A DNA stretch of 64,000 bases, taken from contig NC_045696.1 in NCBI RefSeq assembly GCF_009834535.1, forward strand, positions 97,094,001 to 97,158,000, given 5' to 3'. Both the position numbers and the translations under genes were made by a program. The notes beneath the pieces are model-generated. The model was not told the DNA's origin and ran no database searches. It saw only the letters and a list, made by a program, of their open reading frames with translations. The first letter of the stretch is position 1; every line of letters starts with the position of its first letter. Of this stretch, positions 24,261 through 36,705 are shown piece after piece. The stretch comes from Camelus ferus (Eukaryota).

Positions 24261-25040
24261 CCTCTTTTGTCTTTATCCAATTATCCCTTTGAGGGTAATG
24301 CAAATATTTTTAGAACACGCTAGAACAATCGCAAACAAACAATTTGTATTTTGCTCTCTTGGTAACAAAAGACAAGACAATCAGGCAGCAATTACATTGT
24401 TGAAGCAGGATATTTTCCCTTTAAGATTTATATGGTAAATATACATTGTCAAATATTTCTGGATTCCATGGAGCTCTTTTTCACTTCAACAAATGCTATT
24501 CAGAGGTTCATGGAAACCACAACAGAGAGTCGCTCTGTCTGTCTGGTATGTACGAAGTTAAAATGCCCCATATCAAGTACTGCCCCTTTGGATCATTTTT
24601 AGCTTTGAATTTATAGCATACTCCACTCACCTTGTCTTTTGAGTGAATTCTTTTTTAAATCTCTTTGTTACCCTCACTCTTCTTTATTGCCCCCAGGGGC
24701 TCCCCTCCTGCCCTTTCATTTGCAGATACCCCCTCTCTAAGGCTGCCTTGCCCTGACTCCTATTTACCCAAGATCATTAAAAAATAAACACCTTGAGAAA
24801 AAACAGCTTTTTCAGGAATGAGTGCAGGTACTGCTTCCCTGTCCTAGCCTAAATTCTTGATTTTCCCCCTTTCCTCTGCTGGGTAGCTTTGCAGATATTT
24901 CATTCCAGTTCAGGGTATCTGTTATCAGATTGTGAAGAATAAACAGCACAAACAGAAATCATCCCAATTGGCCACTTGTTGACATCCTCTGTAAAGATTT
25001 TGAAGAAAGCGAAGTAAATTCAGTACAAAAAAAGTAGTTT

Positions 25041-25353
25041 TTTTTAATGATGAGTTAAATTGGAGTTTCTTATTTATGTATATATGTATGTATTTATTTA
25101 TTATTGAAGTATAGTCAGTTACAATGTGTCAATTTCTGGTGTACAGCATAATGCTTCAGTCATACATATACATACATGTATTTATTTTCATATTATTTTT
25201 CATGATAGGTTACTACAAGTTATTGAATACAGTTCCCTGTGCTATATACAGAAGAAATTTACTTTTTACTTATTTTATGTATAGTAGTTAATATTTACAA
25301 ATCTCAAATTCCCAATTTATCCCTTCCCACCTCCTCTCCCTGTAGTAACCATA
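25041..25353 (-). mobile_element. Young camelid-type L1 3' end
   Basis: ttattgaagtatagtcagttacaatgtgtcaatttctggtgtacagc; flanking duplication acaaaaaa(a)gtagttt at ~25025-25040 and ~25354-25368. Confidence 0.85.
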
Positions 25354-25389
25354 ACAAAAAAGTAGTTTAAGAAGAAGTCTCTTCATTCT

Positions 25390-26880
25390 GGAATCATTAT
25401 AGATTCACAGGAAGTTATAAAAGTAGTACAGAGGTCCTGGGGACCTGTCACCCAGTGTCCCCCAGTGATAACAGCTAACATAACTATAGCACAATATCAA
25501 AACTAGGAGATGGACATTGGTGCAGTCCACAGACCTATTCAGAGTGCACCAGGTTTATATGCATTATTTGTGTGTGTGTGTGTGCTCACGCACACGCTCA
25601 CGCACACACTCTATGCAATTTTATCACATGTGTAGATTCATATACCCATTACCACGATCAAGGTACAGAACTGTTTCATTACCACAAAGTCTCCTCCTGC
25701 TACCCTTTTATAGCCACACCCACCCTCCTCTCCCATCACCTCCTAACGCTTGGCAATCTGTTCTCTAAAATTTTCACATTTTGAGACACTTGTATACATA
25801 GAGTTAGACAGTACTTTTTAAGATTGGCATAATTCCATTGAGATTCTTTTTGGTGAAATGTCTGTTCATGTCTTTTGCCAATTTTCTAATTGAATTCTTA
25901 TAAATTTTTTTGCTGTTGAGGCAAATATAATACATATTATAGATATATATATTCTAGATATAAGTCTTTTGTTGGATATGTGGTGTTTTCTTCCATCCTG
26001 TATCTAGTGCATCTATTTTCTTGGCAGGGTCCTTTACAGAGCAAAGTTCTTAACATTCATAAAGTCCAATTGGTCAATTTTTTTAGGGGGGGTGGATCAT
26101 GCTTTGGTATCACATCTAAGAGCTCTTCATTTAGCCTTAAATCCTGATGGTGTTCTCCTCCGTTTTCTTCTAAAAGTTTTATGGTTTAATGTTTTAAAAT
26201 ATGATATGTTTTGAGATAATTTTTATACAAAGTATGAGGTTTAGGTTAAGGTTGTTTTTGCCTATACATATTCAATTGCTCTAGCATCATTTATTGAAAA
26301 GAATATCTTTCCTCCTTTGAGTTTCTTTTGCACCTTTGTCAGAAATCAGCCGGCCAAACTTGTGTGCAGGGTCTATTTCTGAATTATCTGTTTTGTCCCA
26401 TTGATCTTTGTGTGTATCACTTTGCCAGTTCCACACTGATTGCTGTAGCTAAATTCTAAATCTAAAAGTCAGGTAGAGAAATTCAGTCCACTTTATTCTT
26501 CTTTTCCAAAATTGTTTTAGCTATTCCACTTTCTTTGCTTCTCCGTATAAATTTTAAAATAAGTTGCCCATATCTACAAAAATTTTTGTGGGGTTTTGAT
26601 AGGAATTGGACTACAACTGTAGTTCAATTTGTGGAAAACTGACATCTTCACTATGTTGAAGATGAACATGGTATGTTCCTCCATTCTTTTAAGCTCTTTA
26701 ATTTCTTTCACCAGTATTTTTGCATTTTCATCATGTAAGTCCAGCACATGGCTTATTAGATTTGCCTATGTATTTCACAGTTTAGTAAGTATAAATGGCA
26801 TTATGTTTTTAATTTTGATTTCCATGTCTTCCTTGGAGTATGTAAAAATACAATTGATTTTTGCATGTTGATCTTATATC
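25390..26880 (-). mobile_element. Old L1 (L1MC/L1MD-type): 3'UTR plus ORF2 remnant
   Basis: tagattcacaggaagttataaaagtagtacagagg...; antisense ORF2 (tatctacaaaaa...ttttgataggaattg; aatacaattgatttttgcatgttgatc). Confidence 0.8.
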
Positions 26881-26886
26881 ATCTAT

Positions 26887-28200
26887 GATATAGTCATCTA
26901 TGTAGAAAATCAGAAAAACACGTAACTATACAACTCCTAAAGATCATACAGGAAATCTAGATGACCTTAGGTTGGTTGGTGACTTTTTAGATACACCACC
27001 AAATGCAAAATCTATGAAAGAAATAACTGATAACCTGGGCTTCATTAAAATTAAAATATTTTACTCTGCTAAAGACACCATCAAGAGAATGAGAAGATAA
27101 GTCACAGACTAAGAGAAAATATTTGCAAAAGACACATTGGTTATTATTTAAAATATACAAAGAACTCTTAAAAGTCAACAGTGAGAAAATGAACAATCTG
27201 AAAATGCACAAAAGATCTGAACAGACACCTCCCCAAAAAAGATATACAGATGGCAAATAAGCCTATGAAAAGATGCTCAATGTCACATATCATCAGGCAA
27301 TTGCAAATTAAACAACGAGATATCACCATACACTTATTATAATGGCCAAAATCTGGAACACTGACAACACCAAATGCTGTCAAAGATGTGGAGCAACAGG
27401 AACTCTCATTCATTGTTGGTGTGAGTGGAAAATGGTACAATTGCTTTGGAAGACACCTTGGCAGTTTTTTAACAAAACTAAACATGTTCTTACCATGGGA
27501 TTCAGCAATTGCACTCTTGTTATTTACCCAAAGAAGCTGAAAAGTTATGCTTACACAAAAACCTGCGCACATATGTTTATAGCAGCTTTATTCAAAATTG
27601 CCAAAACTTGGAAGCAACTAAAATGTTTTTCAGTAGGTGAGTGGATAAATCATCTGTGGTAGGTACAGCCAGACAATAAAATATTATTCAGAGCTAAAAG
27701 AAAGTGAGCTATCAAGCCATGAAAAGATTTAGAGGAACTTCAAATGCATATTATTAAGTGAAAGAAGCTGATCTGAAAAGGGTACTTGTGGTGTGATTCC
27801 AACTTATTGGCATACTGCAAAAGGCAGGACTATGGAGACAGTAAAGGAATCAGTGGTTACCAGGGGTTAGGATGGAGGGAGGGATGAATAGGTGGAGCAC
27901 AGAGGAATTTTAAGTCAGTGAAACTACATTGTGTGATATTGTAATGGTGGAAATGTAACTACATACATTTGTCAAAACCCAAAGAACTGTACAATACTAA
28001 GAGGGAACCCTAATGCAAATTATGGACTTTAGTTAATAATTATGTATCAATATTGGTTTGTAATACTAATGCAAGATGTTAATAAAAGGGGAAACTGGGA
28101 GTGGGAGGGGAGAGGCGGGAATATTGGAACTCTCTGTACTTTCTGCTCAATTTTACTGTGAAGCTAAACAAATAAAGCTCTAACAAATAAAATTATTTTT
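26887..28200 (+). mobile_element. Old L1 (L1MC-type): ORF2 end plus 3'UTR
   Basis: ORF 27342-27662 gives NTKCCQRCGATGTLIHCWCEWKMVQLLWK (L1 ORF2 Cys-rich region); 3'UTR ggaactctctgtactttctgctcaattttactgtgaagctaa. Confidence 0.85.
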
Positions 28201-28209
28201 TTTTTTAAA

Positions 28210-29115
28210 AAAGAGAACATTTACAGAAGGAAAAAAAAAATCAAACACCTAGAAGTAAATCTAACAAAAAATGTCTAAGGTTTCTATGTGGAGAATTAAA
28301 AAGTATTATTGAGAGAAATTTTAAAAGACCTATAAAAGCCATATTGATTGATTCTGTATTTAATGTTATAAAAAAAAATGTCAGTTCTCCAGTATCCTAC
28401 AGCCTTAATGCAGTCTTGTGATGCTAAATTTTATGTGGAAATACAAAGTTTTAATAATGGCCAAGACACTTGAAGATTTGGTGAGAGGACTAGCTCTTCA
28501 AGACATGAAGACATATGTCCAGTGATTAGGTCAGTTTGATACTGGGGCAAGGTAGAACAAGGGAACAGAATAGATCATTCTAAAATGTACAAACAAATGA
28601 ACAGTTGATTTCTGACAATGGTGGTGCTGCAGAAGAGTGGGATGAGGATAGCCTTTCCAATGAATAGACCTAAGACAACTGGAAATCCACACAGAAGGAA
28701 AACATGAGTGCTGCCTCCTACTAACAAAATTTCAGTTTCAGGAGATTGCAGTCTTAAACACAAAAGGCAAAACAATAAATCTCTTGAACGATAACTTAAG
28801 ACAGTATCTTCTTGTCTTCTTGTCATCAGGGTAGGGAAGTCTTTTAAAAAGAGGACACAGAAAAAAAAAACATTTACGGAAAGATTTATAAATTGGATTC
28901 CATTAAAATCAAGAACCTCTGCTTATCCAGAGACACCATTAAGAGAATGAAAAAATAAGCCATGAGAGGAGGATATATTTCAGCATATATAATTAATAAA
29001 AGGCTCTATCAGAATATATAAAAAACTAGTACAAGTAACTAAGAAAAAGATCCTGGGAAAATGGCCAATAGACTTGAACAGTTAATTCAATAAGAAAGAT
29101 ATCCAAATAGCATAT
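28210..29115 (+). mobile_element. Very old L1 ORF2 remnant (L1M/L1ME)
   Basis: cctagaagtaaatctaacaaaaaatgt...cattaaaatcaagaacctctgcttatccagagacaccattaagagaatgaaaa. Confidence 0.75.
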
Positions 29116-29259
29116 ATATGTATGTATATGTACAAACGCTCCAAAAGTCATATACGTACAGGACCCAGTGTATGTGTCTCCTCGGATTCCTCTGGATGCT
29201 GTCCTAGATCCTCATTTTATAACAACAGAGGAGCCAGCACTTACTGGTGGGGTCTGCCT

Positions 29260-29680
29260 TTCGAGGAGGAAACACTGATAAGCGAGCGCTTAAGACCAAT
29301 TCAGTCTTCTTCCTGTTCCCGGGTACATTTCCAGCCAATGGTGAAGTCAGCTTTCTACTCTGCGCTGAACTCCCACAACTTGGCAGCTTTGGCTTTTGGG
29401 GGCAATATTTTCTTGACAAAAGACAGGGTGTGTTTGTTCACCTGATAAACCGGTCAGGATGCCTTTGGTCTTGTTTTGTAACAACACTAGATGGAGCTCC
29501 TTCTTTTCGTTGCCCTTGACTCCGGCAGGCAGCTCGGCAGCCAGCGCGGGTGCCGCAGTTTCCCAGAACCAGGGCTGGTGCCCTTGCGCCGCCTGCTTTG
29601 CAAGGACGTCATCATCCGCCAACCGGGAAGTCTTCATTCTGCGGGAGGGTGGAGCGCATCTTTCCCTCCGAACAGCTAGA
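29260..29680. promoter_or_regulatory. CpG-retaining enhancer/insulator-like element
   Basis: Two WGATAA sites, CCAAT, CTCF-like acactagatggagc (29484-29497), GAS TTCCCAGAA (29560-29568), gacgtca; CpG much higher than in the flanks. Confidence 0.5.
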
Positions 29681-30154
29681 GAGCTTTAGGGGTCTTCTAG
29701 TTAGCTTTATTCTTCTGCCTCTAGGCAAGCGTGGGATCAAATAATTTCAAATTGGCAGTTCACTGCCTTTTCCTTAGTGACCCTAGGGAAGCAGCATCCA
29801 TGAACCTCTTTTTAAGTAACAACCTTGATTTCATCTTCTGAGAAGCAAATCTCTGTCCACAGCATACAAAGAAGGGCTCAAGACATGCTCATTGTCCTTT
29901 GAGAAAGAATATTACCTCATTGAGAAGAGGGAGAGGTTTAGCAGGAAAAATGAGTATGGGGTCACTCTGCTCCCGGGAGACCTGGACCTCCCTCTCTCCC
30001 CAAGATGCTTGCAAATCCTGATGGGAATGTTTTCAGGTTCAGTATCACCTCTGCAAAATGACTGTCTGTTCTCAAGTGGAGGCGCCATTCACCATCACTC
30101 CCCCTGCTTTGTTTTCTCATTTATTTGTTTTGTTACATATTGTCTGTCAGGCCA

Positions 30155-30250
30155 CCAGACTGAGTTCTTGGAGACCTTATCTATTTTGTTCAGGCATTGT
30201 CCTCCTGTCCTAGAATAGTGCCCGGCAGATATTAGGTGCTTAGTAAACAC
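30155..30250 (+). mobile_element. L2 3' end fragment
   Basis: cctagaatagtgcccggcagatattaggtgcttagtaaac. Confidence 0.6.
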
Positions 30251-32664
30251 AGGGTGGACGGTCACCTATGATTTCCAACTCATCTGTATCAGTTTTGTTC
30301 ATAGGGCTTCTCCCACCCTGCACAATGCTGTCCCTGCCCCACGGTTTGCCAGCTCCTTTGTGGAACTCTGGCCCTTCCCTGGGTACCCCTGAAAACCCTC
30401 CCACAGAAGGCATCTTTGGTGTGAATGTCTTCACTAAAAATATGGCAAGAGAGAGGGACTTACATGGAAGTGACCAGATAGCTTAACACCAGACAGTAGA
30501 GTTTCATGGATGTGTCCTTTCCATCTCCCTCCCGTAACCGAGGACACCCCTAGTGTTCTCACCACACAGAATTTTCTGGCATCTCAGGATTTTGCCGTCA
30601 TTTCTCTCTTTTAACCTCTCCTACTTTTTTTTCAACTCTTTCTTACCCTTTTCATGAAGACTAACTCAACTCAGCTCTTCTCTAGCCCACCCCGCACCCC
30701 ACTTATGTCTAGATGGGCCAAGTGACTGATTCTCACCAAAGGAAGGTGAGCACCAGAGTTCTGCAAAGATCCAAGTGGTTAAGAAACAGGGGAGCCCTCT
30801 CCATACTCTCTTTCCCCATCTGCCAGCTGCTGAGAGGAAGAGGTGCAGTTAGGCGGGGGGGGCCTGGGCTCTGAATGATCACATTCACAGGCCATACCTC
30901 CTGCCTTGGACCACTGACCCACCTTCGGGAGGGCAGCTTCTACAGTCCTGATGTCAGATACGTGAAAATGAGCCTCTGCACCACCTCAGCTCCTTTCTGA
31001 CTTCTGTCCTCCCATGTGGTCACTGTCCCCTATTTTTCTTCTCCTTCTTCCTAGGCTAACTATGAAAAGCTTAAGGCATGTGACTTTCAAAATAGTTTCT
31101 TCAGTGAAAGTCTTTTCCAAAAAGGCTTCAAAACTCAGTAAAGGAATTATAGGCAGGCAGAGAGGGAGAGATATTTTTGTAAAAAGAACTTGCCCATAGC
31201 CCTTTAAATCTCTATAATTATTAATATCTACCATTTATTAATGATCATCACATACTGTGCTAAATACTATATATGTGCTTTAATGAATTTTTTCTACAAA
31301 ATTGTGAGGTTGATATTAATATTTGTCTTCTCCAAGACATCTTGGACATCTCAACTAGGGACCGTTCCTGGGAAATCTGCCAAGCTGTCTCCCTCTTCTT
31401 TTCTAACTTGGTTTAAAACATCTGCTTCCTTTCCCTAGGCATCAGAGTTCCATTCTGTTTTCTCCATTCCACTGGAATGGAGACTCATGTCTGAGAACAT
31501 CTCTGTCTGTCACCTACCTGCTTACCTATCTAATTCTCTGCTCACGTTAAAGGGATTTGAGACAACTATGTCTTTATACATATTTATGAATTCCATGGAA
31601 CTTAACTGAGCAACATTTTCATAGAAGATGCTTAATAACCATATATTTGAATAATGGATGAACTCCAGTGATTTAAGGTTTACATTCTAACTACTCCTGT
31701 AGTTCCTAAACCTAACTGCATGTCAGAATCAATCAAGAGAATTTGTTATTATATCAACATTTCTAAGGATGGGTTTCAGAAATCTCTATTTTTAACAAGT
31801 TCCCCAAGTGACTCTGAAGCAATCAGCTTGATCCCAGCCTGTAGACTGGCATCTGAAAACCCACAGTGCACTCAATCTTTCTTCACCCAGAATCTCCATA
31901 ATATCTCCCCTTCTCTCCACCACCCATGCTGCTCTAACCATTTTCTCTTAGCAAACAAACATCAGCAACCAAGTTGGTCCATCCTGAGATTCTCACCATG
32001 AGACAAAGATATGCCCCCAAATCTAGAAAATGGTAAGCTGTATTAGACATCAAAACTTTCCCGTACCAATCAGTTCCTACCTACAAATGGGTGACCATTT
32101 CTACAACCGAAATGAAGAACCAGAGACATATTTCCTGGGTATGCTTTACCACGTTGCCTATTTCACTCAGCAATAGACCCCTGAAAGTCTCCACGCTGAG
32201 TTCTGCCTTTAAACTGCCTTCACAACTACTTGGTATTTGGGGATCCCGTGTTCTCAGATGATTTGAATTCACCATTTTCTCATGCTGACCCTACCTGCAG
32301 AATACTCTTTCAGGGGAGCTTTTTGCAAAGAGGCTGTTAAAGTAGAACAGGCAGATTCAAGAAAACTGCCATCTGGCTTCCACAGTGCTGATGCCCACAC
32401 GAGCCTTGAAAAATCTAGCTGGGGAGGAGGTGGAAGATCCTGTGGGCTGGCTGATAAAGGAAGAAAGGAGAAGAGTACTTTCCCCCCCTTAATGTTCCTA
32501 CAACTGAATCTAATCACCATAACATGAGAAAGAGAGAAAATTGTAATTACGTAGTCTGGAACATCTAAAGGCTAAGAAACAACCTGAATTTTGTATTCTT
32601 CATTCTAGAGACACATGATATGGCCACCTGGATAGCTCTCCAGCGCTGCCAAGAATGGAATTCT

Positions 32665-33575
32665 GTTTTTTTTTTTTTAATTGACATATAGTCAGTTTAC
32701 AATGTTGTGTCAGTTTCTGGTGTACAGTATAATAGTTCATCATACATATACATACATATGTTCATTTTCTTTTTCATTATAGTTACTACAAGATATTGAA
32801 TATAGTTCCTTGTGCTATACAGTATAAACTTGTTGTTTATCTAGTTTATATATAGTAGTTAGTATCTGCAAATCTCAAACTCCCAATTTATCCCTTCCCA
32901 CCCCCTTCCCCACTGGTAAACACAAGTTTGTTTTCTATGTCTGTGAGTCTGTTTCTGTTTTGTAAATGAGTTCATTTGTCTTTTTTTTTTTTTGAAGCTT
33001 CCACATATAAGTGATATCATGTGCTATTTTCCTTTCTCCTTTTGACTTACTCTACTTAGAATGACAGTCTCCAGGTCCATCCATGTTGCCACAAATGGTA
33101 TTATTTTATTCTTTTTTACGGCTGAGTAGTAGTCCACTCTATAAACGTACTGCAACTTCTTTATCCAGTCATCTGTTTCCATGTCTTGGCTATTGTAAAT
33201 AGTGCTACTATGAACATTGGGGTGCATGTATCTTTTTGAATTAAAGTTCCCTCTGGATATATACCCAGCAGTGGGATTGCTGGATCATTTGATAAGTCTA
33301 TGTTTAGTTTTTTGAGGAATCTCCTTACTGTTTTCCATAACGGCTACACGAAACTACATTCCCACCAATAGTGTAAGAGGGTTCCCTTTTCTCCATACGC
33401 TCTCCAGCATTTATCCTTTGTGGACTTTTGAATGATGGCCATTCTGACTGGTGTGAGGTGATACCTCATTGTAGTTTTGATTTGCATTTCTCTGATAATA
33501 AGTGATATTGAGCATTTTTTCATGTGCTTATTGGCCATTTGTATGTCTTCACTGGAGAATTTCTAGTTTGGGTCT
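32665..33575 (-). mobile_element. Young 5'-truncated camelid/artiodactyl L1
   Basis: Exact 16-bp TSD ccaagaatggaattct at 32649-32664 and 33576-33591; ORF2 C-terminus [39 protein letters not shown]; poly(T) at the left end. Confidence 0.95.
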
Positions 33576-33934
33576 CCAAGAATGGAATTCTTAGCTAACC
33601 ATTTCCACGTTTCCTCTTGCTTATACTTTCTGGCCAAACCCCTCCTGTGACAGAAGGAACAAGAAGACTTGCCACCTATAAGTCTGCATGTGCATATCTT
33701 TTCATCATATGTGTAGGATTGTTTTCTCCATTTACTAAAGAGAAGGTAGAAGGTAGGCTATGAAAATTTATTTTGATTTTAAAAATTTAGAATTTTAGAG
33801 CTAAGTGAAATAAACCAGACCTCCTGTAGGAGATAAAGTTGAAACCCAGAGAGACACAGTGACCTGCCCAAGTGCACACAGTCAGTTAGAACCAGATCCA
33901 TGGTGATCTCAATGATGGGAACCTGTCTCTCTCA

Positions 33935-34310
33935 TAAAGGAAGGATTTGTTGCCTTTGCTGCTGGGAGGCAGTTGGCAGACAGCTTTTAGCTGTCAGCCT
34001 CTTAACCTTCAAAGAGCAGCCTCTCCTAGGGACAGACTCCTCCTGGGGCAGCCCATTTCCAGTGACTGATTGAGGTGGAAGCAGAAAAGCTCAGCCTTTT
34101 GACCTAATGTAGGACACCTGGACTGGCCATTTTAGCTCCAGAGCTCCCCACAGGGTTGACTGAGGCTGTCAGGCAGTCAGTGGGGCTGGTTTTTCCCTAT
34201 GCTTTCTTCTCGTCTTTTTACAAATGTTGATCCTAAAATCACTACTGAATGAACACCTTGCACACAAACCTTCATCTCAGAGAGTTCTAAGAGAACTCAA
34301 TCTTGAATAA
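33935..34310 (+). mobile_element. ERVL LTR (LTR16A-like)
   Basis: cagacagcttttagctgtcagcc...ggggcagcccatttccagtgactga...gccattttagctccagagctcccc...ccttgcacacaaaccttcatctcagag. Confidence 0.7.
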
Positions 34311-35089
34311 GACCTAAAACAAAAATTGTGCCTAAAATAAAAACTGGTTCCTGCTAAAATGTCCATGCTGGAAGTATGTGTTTGAGTGTGTGTGTGTGTC
34401 TGTCTGCCCATAAGTATAAACACGTATATACACACATATGGATACATGTATATATGTATTTCATACCTCCCCATTTTCTAAGAATTTCCTATTTTGGGGG
34501 AATGAAAAAACATCTAAAATTTTTCCTCATATGCACTGTCAGGCTTTTGCTTCTCTAGAGAGGTGGTGCTCATCTGGTCTACATGAATAATGGATCTTGC
34601 TTTGGCGTGGTTTAGCTCAGTGTGTGCAGGATTTTGTAATGCTGACCTCACATCCTAGCAGCAAATGAGTGAACATCGAGAAAGCAAAGGTCATGAGAAC
34701 CACTCAGACCCCTGCAATCTTCCACCTCATCTAGTGACAGTGACCCCAGAAAACCAACCAATAGTCACCCTTGTTAAAGCCAGAGCCATATACCACACAT
34801 CAGAGGAACTGCGGGATCTCTTCATATTTTCCACATCCCCACCCTCTTCATGGTTTCAGAATCGCACCTCTAGAGGCTGTTGGACGCTCTGTTGGCTGAG
34901 GCATCAGTAGGAAAGCAGGCGCTCCTTTGTGCCGCCTCAGCTGCCAGACTTCCCTAGCTTCTTAGTAGCCCTCGCCTCACCTCTTACCCGTCTTGCCCTC
35001 ACCAAGCTTGTCCATGAGTCAAAGGCAATTGCACCCCACCCTCCGCCCACCCTGGGCGATGTGTATTACTTCTCATGCCTTTCCCACAT

Positions 35090-35240
35090 CACTGGGTATC
35101 GTCTGCCAGCTGAGTGATCTTGGGTAAGTCTCAGTGTCCTAATGTGGCAAACGGATCATGGTTCCTACCTCACAGGGTGTTGTGAGGACTGAATGAGATC
35201 ATGTTGCGAGAGGCCTCGGCTCTGGGCTTCACCATGGTGC
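35090..35240 (+). mobile_element. MIR SINE fragment
   Basis: gctgagtgatcttgggtaagtc...ttcctacctcacagggtgttgtgaggactgaatgagatcatg. Confidence 0.7.
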
Positions 35241-36374
35241 CCGTCCGACCCCAGCTGTTCCTTACAGCCAGTCACGCTCCCGATCCAGCCCCTCTGTGCT
35301 GAGTCACTCCCCCTTCAATCACTGTCCTATCCCCGCCTCCGCCTCCTCTCAGCAAATGAGGGGTTCATTCATAACCTTTCCTCTGTTTTTTTTTTTTTTT
35401 TTAATTCAGAAGAAACCATGAGGTTATACAATCAACAGGAAAATAAACCCACATGTCTGGTGTGGCACTTCAGTCAGGCCCAAACTCACTTCACAATTAA
35501 TCTCATGTTCTGAAGGATATCTTTACCGATTATTATGCCTATGAAAAATAGCCATACATTCTAAAAGAGTCTCACAAACTTGACATTTGAAAGGGAATTC
35601 TAAATGTGTGCCGCATTTCAACCACGTTGCAAGTAACAGCGATTTTCAGGTCTCGCCCGCTCCTTCCATTTATAGCCCGTGGGGTATTGACACAGTGACA
35701 TTTTAAAGCCTTTTCATTTTAAGCTATTCCTCTTTGAAGATTTCTCACCACCCTCCCTTGCCTATTCCCTCTTAAGAATGAAAATATCAGTGGGATAAGG
35801 AAGCAAATAATATAACAAAAAACAGAGTAAGTTGCATGTTTGATGAACAGATAGCATTGTCGGTTTAGAGAAAGGACAGGCTGCTGCCTTCAGACACGTG
35901 GCCATTTCATAACTCCGGAAGGCCCAAAATTTGTTTTCAGTGGGAGAATAATCAGGATGGAAAAAGAGAAAGAGGAAAAACATATGAGGAATAAAAGATA
36001 TTAGGAAGATATTATGTTTAAAACTATAGTACATCTTTTTGTAGGAAATCATCCTAAAACCTTGAAAGATGATAGATATGGTTAAAAAAAGCAACAGATG
36101 ATCAAGGATGTCTCTATGCCCTTGGGAATGGCATCTACCTTATAAAACATATTTTAATGCTGTGATGCTTTTTTAACTTTTAAATTGTTATTAGTATTAT
36201 ATTTTATGTGGGTGAATTTATCAGGGTCATCATTTGGGGCCGAATCCTATCCTTCAAATTTCTAATAGAAACTCCACAGAATAAAGATATGTTAAAGTTT
36301 TGACAAAATTCACACAGTGACAACATAGGGCATCTTTTCCTTACAATGTGGGTCTTTGGTACTTCTGCCAATGA

Positions 36375-36705
36375 GAACTAACATTTACTGGAACGTTACT
36401 CTGTGCCAGACACTCTAGTCTAAGTATTTACCATTTAACTCACTTACCTTTCTAAATCCCCTTGTGAGCCGGGTATTTCCCTTTATGGTTGCAAAATACT
36501 TTACTCTTTACAGTTGAAGAAACCAAGGTAGAGATGGGTCTGGTCTGGGACACAGCGATCTCTGCTTCTGGTTTTAACTCTGCCACAGCTCGTAACAAGA
36601 CCTTGAGCCTCACAGTTTCAGCCTATCAGTTTCTCATCTGTGAAGTGGGGACACCCCACTGCATCATCTCAAAGGACTCTGCTTCCTCTAAAATATCCTG
36701 AATTT
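36375..36705. mobile_element. Two opposed MIR-family fragments
   Basis: aacatttactggaacgttactctgtgccagacact (minus), then cctatcagtttctcatctgtgaagtgggga (plus). Confidence 0.6.

Noticed and set aside
26750..26930. Antisense-to-sense L1 junction suggesting twin-priming inversion
   Set aside because: The sense L1 pieces cover the same ORF2 region as the antisense copy and have their own 3' end, so they are independent insertions.
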